This document shows positions 34,551-40,122 of a stretch of DNA of 40,122 bases, piece by piece; position 1 is the stretch's first letter; every line of letters begins with the position of its first letter. A program made the position numbers and the translations under genes. The notes under the pieces were generated by a model, which made no database searches, was not told the origin of the DNA, and worked only from the letters and a program-made list of their open reading frames with translations. Origin of the DNA: Candidatus Latescibacterota bacterium (GTDB lineage: Bacteria; Latescibacterota; UBA2968); NCBI GenBank assembly GCA_038279365.1, contig JAYODI010000005.1, positions 98,457-138,578 on the forward strand, in the 5' to 3' direction.

Positions 34551-35549
34551 ATGAATACATCTCATCAAATCAGCGTGGGAGAACGTGCACCTGACTTCGT
34601 TTTGCCCATTCACAATGGAACACCCACACGGTTTTATGCCCATGCAGGTGGTAAACCAACCGTACTCATTTTTACACCTGACTCAAACACGCACGTCTAT
34701 TCACTAATTGAACAGCTCCAAATACAAGAACAAACACCCGACCTATTCATTGTTCAATCAGTACAAGAGATCACAGATCAAACCGTCACCACCTTTGCCG
34801 ACACAGAAGGCAAAGTTCGCCAAGCGTATCGCATCAACCAACCCCACCAAACCATCATCCTCTTACTCAACCCCAATTTGCGCGTTTTATCTTCACACAT
34901 ACTCAATGATCCAAACCGTGTCGCAGTACAGATTGCCCAAACCATTGCCCAGCAACCCCATCCAACACCCCAAAAAATCACCACACAGGCACCCGTTCTC
35001 CTCATTCCAAACATACTCACCAACGACATTTGCCAAGCCCTCATCAACGTATGGCACACACAAGGCAATGAAGAAACGGGTGTAGAGCAATCGGTTCACC
35101 AACACAGAGCAAACATCATTGACCACACCAATAAAAAACGCCGAGACCATGTGGTCACCGACGAAAAATTAATGCGTTTAATCTCTACCACCGTTGGCCG
35201 ACGTGTGATGCCCGAACTCAAAAAAGCCTTTCATTTTGAGGCCACCCGATTTGAGGGATTCAAAATTGTGTGTTACAAAGCTGAAGATCGCGGTTTCTTT
35301 CACGCCCACCGCGACAACTTGAGCCCATCTACAGCGCACCGCCGATTTGCCCTTACACTCAACCTCAATACCAATTACGAGGGTGGATACCTCACCTTTC
35401 CCGAATATGGCCCACATTTCTACAAACCCGATGCGGGGGGTGCCATTCTCTTTTCCAGCTCTCACCTACACGAAGTCACACCCGTTACCCAAGGCCAACG
35501 CTTCACACTCTTATCTTTCCTCTTTGGCGAAAACGATATTCGAACATAA
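34551..35549 (+). CDS. AhpC/TSA-like thioredoxin-fold plus 2OG-Fe(II) oxygenase fusion
   Basis: N-terminal VGERAPDFVLP; C-terminal HRD, YEGG.L.FPE, LHEVTPVTQGQRF. Confidence 0.82.
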   Translation: MNTSHQISVGERAPDFVLPIHNGTPTRFYAHAGGKPTVLIFTPDSNTHVYSLIEQLQIQEQTPDLFIVQSVQEITDQTVTTFADTEGKVRQAYRINQPHQTIILLLNPNLRVLSSHILNDPNRVAVQIAQTIAQQPHPTPQKITTQAPVLLIPNILTNDICQALINVWHTQGNEETGVEQSVHQHRANIIDHTNKKRRDHVVTDEKLMRLISTTVGRRVMPELKKAFHFEATRFEGFKIVCYKAEDRGFFHAHRDNLSPSTAHRRFALTLNLNTNYEGGYLTFPEYGPHFYKPDAGGAILFSSSHLHEVTPVTQGQRFTLLSFLFGENDIRT

Positions 35550-35816
35550 AACGACATCTTTTCGCCGATCTTGGCGTAATCTGCCACGGACATAACGCCG
35601 TACCAGCAACTGATAAATGGTCATCAGTGTCGCAACAAAAATAACAATAACGGGGGGATGCCTTTCACCATGGGTCCATTCCACCCGAATAAATTCCACC
35701 ATCAAAAAAATCGCACAAAAACTCATCACCCCCGCAACCACTGCCAACCGCAATTGTTGACCGAGTAAAATTTCGCGCGACAATTGATCTTGAAATTTCT
35801 GTTTCCCAACATCCAT
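35511..35816 (-). pseudogene. Small membrane ORF, possibly a truncated N-terminal sensor region of an adenylate/guanylate cyclase-type protein
   Basis: Two hydrophobic helices after F...L.REIL...LR; the 3' end runs 39 nt into the convergent oxygenase gene. Confidence 0.35.
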
Positions 35817-35876
35817 ACCTATTCCGATCTCACGCCATAACCACAGGCATCAAAAATGCTTATCGACATAATTCCA

Positions 35877-35905
35877 TTGCTCTTTTGTCTTTAAGATATT
35901 ATGAT
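35877..35905 (+). promoter_or_regulatory. Putative sigma70 promoter for the symporter
   Basis: TTGCTC-17 nt-TATGAT. Confidence 0.45.
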
Positions 35906-36037
35906 GTGTGCGCAAAACCAAACGCATAGTATCACGCCACAATTCATTCACTCGTCATCATCTGATACATCAAAAAACATCAGACCGTAAATTGTAGAGA
36001 TGTTTTCGAGTTGAAGGATCATAAAGGGAGGGTAAAC

Positions 36038-37981
36038 GTGGAAGCAAAATTAATCTGGCTTTTTGCATTTGTCGGATTGTATTGGGCCTATTGTCTCTTT
36101 TGGGGCATCAAAGGCGCAATCACATCAAAAACATCTGCCGACTATTTTGTGGCAGGGCGTTCCATTGGCATTTGGGTTTTTGTATTGGCCGCAACAGCCA
36201 CCAGTTTTTCAGGGTGGACCTTTGTGGGGCATCCAGGCAAAATTCTTACCGATGGTTTGCCCTATGCCTTTGCCTCATTTTATGCACTCACGATCCCTTT
36301 TACGGGTGTGCTCTTTTTGCGCCGCCAATGGGTCGTGGGGCGTGCATTCAATCACATCACCCCAGGTGAAATGTATAGCAACTATTATGGCGGCAATACC
36401 ATACGCCTTCTCACTGTGCTTGTTGCCTTTCTCTTTAGCGTGCCCTATCTCGGTGTACAATTGCGCGCATCGGGTGATCTATTCAACGTGCTCACAGATG
36501 GTCTCATTGGCATAGAAGTCGGTATGTTTGCCCTCTCCGCTGTCGTGATGATTTACGTGGCCTCTGGCGGTTTGCGATCTGTGGCATATGTCGATTGTGC
36601 CCAATGTGTGCTGCTTGCTTTGGGCATTGTCATATTGGGTTTTATTGTCATCAGTTATTCAGGTGGTTGGAATGGTTTCATTGAAGGCATTGCGGCTTAT
36701 GTCACCGCCGATGTGGCCGCTGGGCAAAAACTCACGCCCGATGGCCACTCGCACGTCGTGGCGATACCCGGCGCCATTCAAATGGTCTCATCGGGTGCCC
36801 AGGCCCAAGGTGGGGTGTGGACCGGTATGATGTGCCTCACTTACATGTTTGCGCTTATGGGCATCCAATCATCACCCGCCTTTTCAATGTGGTGCTTTGC
36901 CAACAAAACCAGCAAGCCCTTTCGCTGGCAACAAGTGGTGGCATCTTCCATCGTCATTGGCATCATCCTCTTCACATTCACCATCTTCCAAGGCTTGGGT
37001 GGCAATGTTTTGGTGGCCTTGGGCGTTTTTGACAGTGTGACCGACAAAACACTCGTGCCCAAACTCATCAACCTGCTCTCAGATGCGGCACCGTGGTTGG
37101 TCGGTTTGCTCGCCGTTTGTGCACTGGCCGCCATGCAATCAACGGGTGCGGCTTATATGTCTACTTTTTCAGGCATGGTCACACGCGATCTTTATAAACA
37201 GTATATTGCCCCCGATGCGTCAGACAATGTACAAAAACTCTGTGGCCGCATTTTTGTCATCGTTGTTGCAGTGGCTGCTCTTTTTGTTGCCGCGCAATTT
37301 ACAGGTGCCATAGTAATGCTCGGTGGTCTTGCTGTTGCTTATGGTTTTCAAATGTATCCGGCATTGATGGGCGTGTGTTATTTTAAATGGCTCACGCGCA
37401 AAGGTGTGGTTTGGGGGTTAATTGCGGGCCTGATTGCCGTCACACTCACAGACCGCACGGTCACCTTGTTGCCCATCATCTTTGGGGCATTTTTACCCGA
37501 ACATTTGCGCAACCTTGGCGAATGGTATTGGGGAGCTTTTCCACTCACCATTCACAGCGCAGGATGGGGTATATTTGCCAACCTCATTGTGGCCATCCTC
37601 GTCTCTAAGTTTGGAGAAGATGATCCACAAGAAAGTGCCTCGCGCCACAAACACCATACTTTTATCCAAGCCATTTCGGGCCTCAATGAAGATCAAAAAA
37701 AATGGGTTACACCTGCTTGGATACTCACCATCTTTTGGTTCTTGGTTGGGTTTGGCCCATTTGCCACAATTGGCAACACCCTCTTCTCAACACCCAATGA
37801 CCCAACCACTTGGGCACCTTTGGGGTTGCCCTCACTTTGGGTTTGGCAATTGCTCATGCTCGCATTTGGCGTCTTTGTGATGTGGATGCTCGCATTTAAA
37901 GTGGGTCTCTCTCAACCCATTTCGCCAGAGCGCGTTGAAGCGGCAAGCAAGGAATATTATCCTGACCTTGTTACAAAATAA
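36038..37981 (+). CDS. Sodium:solute symporter (SSS) family protein
   Basis: DYFVAGRS, ATSFSGWTF.GHPG, Y...GGLRSVAYVD, LAAMQST; many TM helices; GTG 36038 after SD GGGAGG. Confidence 0.9.
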   Translation: MEAKLIWLFAFVGLYWAYCLFWGIKGAITSKTSADYFVAGRSIGIWVFVLAATATSFSGWTFVGHPGKILTDGLPYAFASFYALTIPFTGVLFLRRQWVVGRAFNHITPGEMYSNYYGGNTIRLLTVLVAFLFSVPYLGVQLRASGDLFNVLTDGLIGIEVGMFALSAVVMIYVASGGLRSVAYVDCAQCVLLALGIVILGFIVISYSGGWNGFIEGIAAYVTADVAAGQKLTPDGHSHVVAIPGAIQMVSSGAQAQGGVWTGMMCLTYMFALMGIQSSPAFSMWCFANKTSKPFRWQQVVASSIVIGIILFTFTIFQGLGGNVLVALGVFDSVTDKTLVPKLINLLSDAAPWLVGLLAVCALAAMQSTGAAYMSTFSGMVTRDLYKQYIAPDASDNVQKLCGRIFVIVVAVAALFVAAQFTGAIVMLGGLAVAYGFQMYPALMGVCYFKWLTRKGVVWGLIAGLIAVTLTDRTVTLLPIIFGAFLPEHLRNLGEWYWGAFPLTIHSAGWGIFANLIVAILVSKFGEDDPQESASRHKHHTFIQAISGLNEDQKKWVTPAWILTIFWFLVGFGPFATIGNTLFSTPNDPTTWAPLGLPSLWVWQLLMLAFGVFVMWMLAFKVGLSQPISPERVEAASKEYYPDLVTK

Positions 37982-38000
37982 TTACTGCACATAAATTTAC

Positions 38001-38045
38001 AAAAAAGAGCCATCCCGAACGCGTATTCGAGATGGCTCTTTTTTT
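38001..38045. terminator. Bidirectional intrinsic terminator
   Basis: aaaaaagagccatc / gatggctctttttt inverted repeat between convergent genes. Confidence 0.88.
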
Positions 38046-38083
38046 GATAACATCATATTGAAACAGACAGAATTTACTTACGT

Positions 38084-40024
38084 TTAATCATTGTCTGTAT
38101 GAATCACTCGTGCAATGGCCTCCGATAATTCGTCAAACCGAATCGGCTTAGACACATAATCATCCATGCCAGCTTCCAAACATTGCTCGCGGTCCCCTTT
38201 CATTGCATTGGCAGTTAGCGCAATAATGGGGATATGGGTGTGAGTGACTTGTTCTTTTTTACGAATGACGCGGGTGGCCTCAAATCCATCCATTTCTGGC
38301 ATCTGAACATCCATCAAAATCAAATCCAAAACATGGGTATCAAATGCTTCAACAGCTTCTTGACCATTTCCTGCCAATATGACCCTATGCCCTGCACGTT
38401 CAAGCAAACGCGTGGCTAATTTTTGATTGACCATATTATCTTCTGCCAACAAAACTTGCAATTTTTTCTGTGCTTCTCTAAGGGAATGTCGTGTCACCAG
38501 TTTTTGGGGAGCTTCTTTCGTTTGCTCGCCAAAAAGCGTTTGCATGGCCATTAACAATTCTGAACCTTTAACTGGCTTTAATAAGTAAGCATTAATACCT
38601 AATTTTTTACACCGTACCGCATCGCCAGTTTGCCCGGCAGATGTCACCATCATCACTGGCATATTAAAAAGTGGCGCCTGTTGACGCATCTTTTCAACAA
38701 ATGCAAATCCATCCATTTCTGGCATTTGACAATCTGTGAGAACCAAATCAAAAGTCTGTGCTTGTTCCATCTTGAGGGCCAATATCTCCAAAGCATCTTT
38801 TGCGCACGTCACAACAGTCGTTTTCATTTGCCACCCAGCAAGCATATTTTTAAGTATCGTACAGTTTGTTTCATTGTCATCCACTATTAAAACGGAACGT
38901 CCTGCAACCGTTACGGGCAAAATACGCACCGACGCCGCCAAGTTTTTTTGCACCTCCAAATTGGCCTCAAAAGAAAACGTACTGCCTTCACCGATTTTAC
39001 TTTCGACACCCAACTGACCACCCATGAGTTGAGCCAATCTTGCCGAAATAGACAACCCCAAACCCGTGCCACCAAAACGACGCGTAATGCCACCATCGGC
39101 CTGTGAAAAGGCTTGAAAAATATGTTCTTTTTGTTCTTCCGATATACCAATGCCCGTATCTGAAACAGAAAATCTCAAACAGACAGAATCTTCATCTTGC
39201 TTAACCAGTGTCACATGGAATGCGACTTCACCCTGGTCTGTAAACTTTATGGCATTCCCCACCAAATTGATCCATATTTGTCGCAACCGCCCCGCATCAC
39301 CAATAAGGGCATCGGGTACATCGGGTGCAACATCATATACCAATTCCAAACCTTTGTTGTGTGCCCTTAAACCCAATGCCTTTAGTGTGTCGGCCACACT
39401 GTCTCGCAGCAAAAAGTCATAGGGATCTAAATCGAGTTTTCCAGCCTCAATTTTGGAAAAATCGAGAATATCATTTATAATCTCAAGCAAAGAATAAGCC
39501 GATGTCTTGACCAACCCCAAATACTCTTTTTGTTCGGGTGACAAATCGGTTTCCAAAGCCAAATCGGTCATACCAATCACACCATTCATTGGGGTGCGAA
39601 TCTAATGGCTCATATTGGCCAAAAATTCACTCTTTGTGCGACTGGCATCCAACGCCTGATCGCGAGCTTCTTTTAGTTGCTCTGAAGTGATTTCCAAAAT
39701 TTCTTTAGATACGGTTGTTTGAAGCAAATCTTCAATGGTCAATTGACCTGTTTGCACAACCAAATAAACAAATAATGCCCCAAATAAAAAAATAACCCCC
39801 GTTAAACCAACAAGAAGGTGTGTCATACCAGCAGCAATCAGCCCAATTACGATGAGATATCCAATTAAAAAAAAGATCATTAAAAATATGAGCAAACGCC
39901 AAGACCTGGCATATCGCCCATCTTTAAGTAAAGTCAGAATACGCGCTGTCTTAAAAATAGACAGCCCCATCATAATACTACCCAGGCCAATCAAAAAACT
40001 GGTCAACATATATTGAAACGTCAT
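38084..40024 (-). pseudogene. Membrane-bound hybrid histidine kinase (3 TM, HisKA, HATPase, two receivers) interrupted by one in-frame TAG at 39604-39602
   Basis: ORFs 39602-40030 and 38084-39589 share a frame and read KSEFLANMSH*IRTPMNGVIG, the canonical H-box with Glu replaced by amber; N, G1, F, G2 boxes and both receivers are intact. Confidence 0.85.
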
Positions 40025-40122
40025 ATACAAAAACTTTCTTTTTTAAGGAAGCAAAAAACATCGAAAGAAAAACATAAACCGCTTTTTAAAATCATTTTGA
40101 GAGAAAATACATTTACCATTTA

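Noticed and set aside
39602-39604. Genome-wide TAG reassignment
   Set aside because: TAG ends speB (16789-16791) and the RbsB-like gene (30832-30834) at natural C-termini; no other internal TAG seen

Overview
A 40 kb bacterial chromosomal window, densely coded, with no rRNA, tRNA, CRISPR array or mobile element visible. + strand blocks: (1) MoxR-associated envelope cluster (DUF4159-like, DUF4175-like, TPR, exported GATase-like protein, MoxR), an orphan OppD-type ATPase and a Tat-exported phosphotriesterase-family enzyme; (2) bioA-bioD, a THUMP-type RNA methyltransferase and a cupin; (3) a polyamine operon (pyruvoyl arginine decarboxylase, deoxyhypusine-synthase-like enzyme, agmatinase) behind a ~190-nt structured leader; (4) TAXI-TRAP, a sugar ABC transporter, hydroxyacid-oxoacid transhydrogenase and a thioredoxin-fold/2OG-Fe(II) oxygenase fusion; (5) a sodium:solute symporter. 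- strand blocks: TPR lipoprotein, FliL-like and cNMP-binding proteins, then enolase, YkgJ-like, small protein, HDOD, PAS-DHp and an Amt-HAMP-PAS-PAS-kinase-receiver fusion; at the right end a hybrid histidine kinase interrupted by an in-frame TAG directly after its phospho-His. Best leads: a candidate cis-regulatory RNA with a twice-repeated GATG-CCC...CCAR-YATC motif and mutually exclusive pairings upstream of the polyamine operon, and a putative ammonium-sensing phosphorelay. All family calls come from motif recognition by eye; no searches were run.
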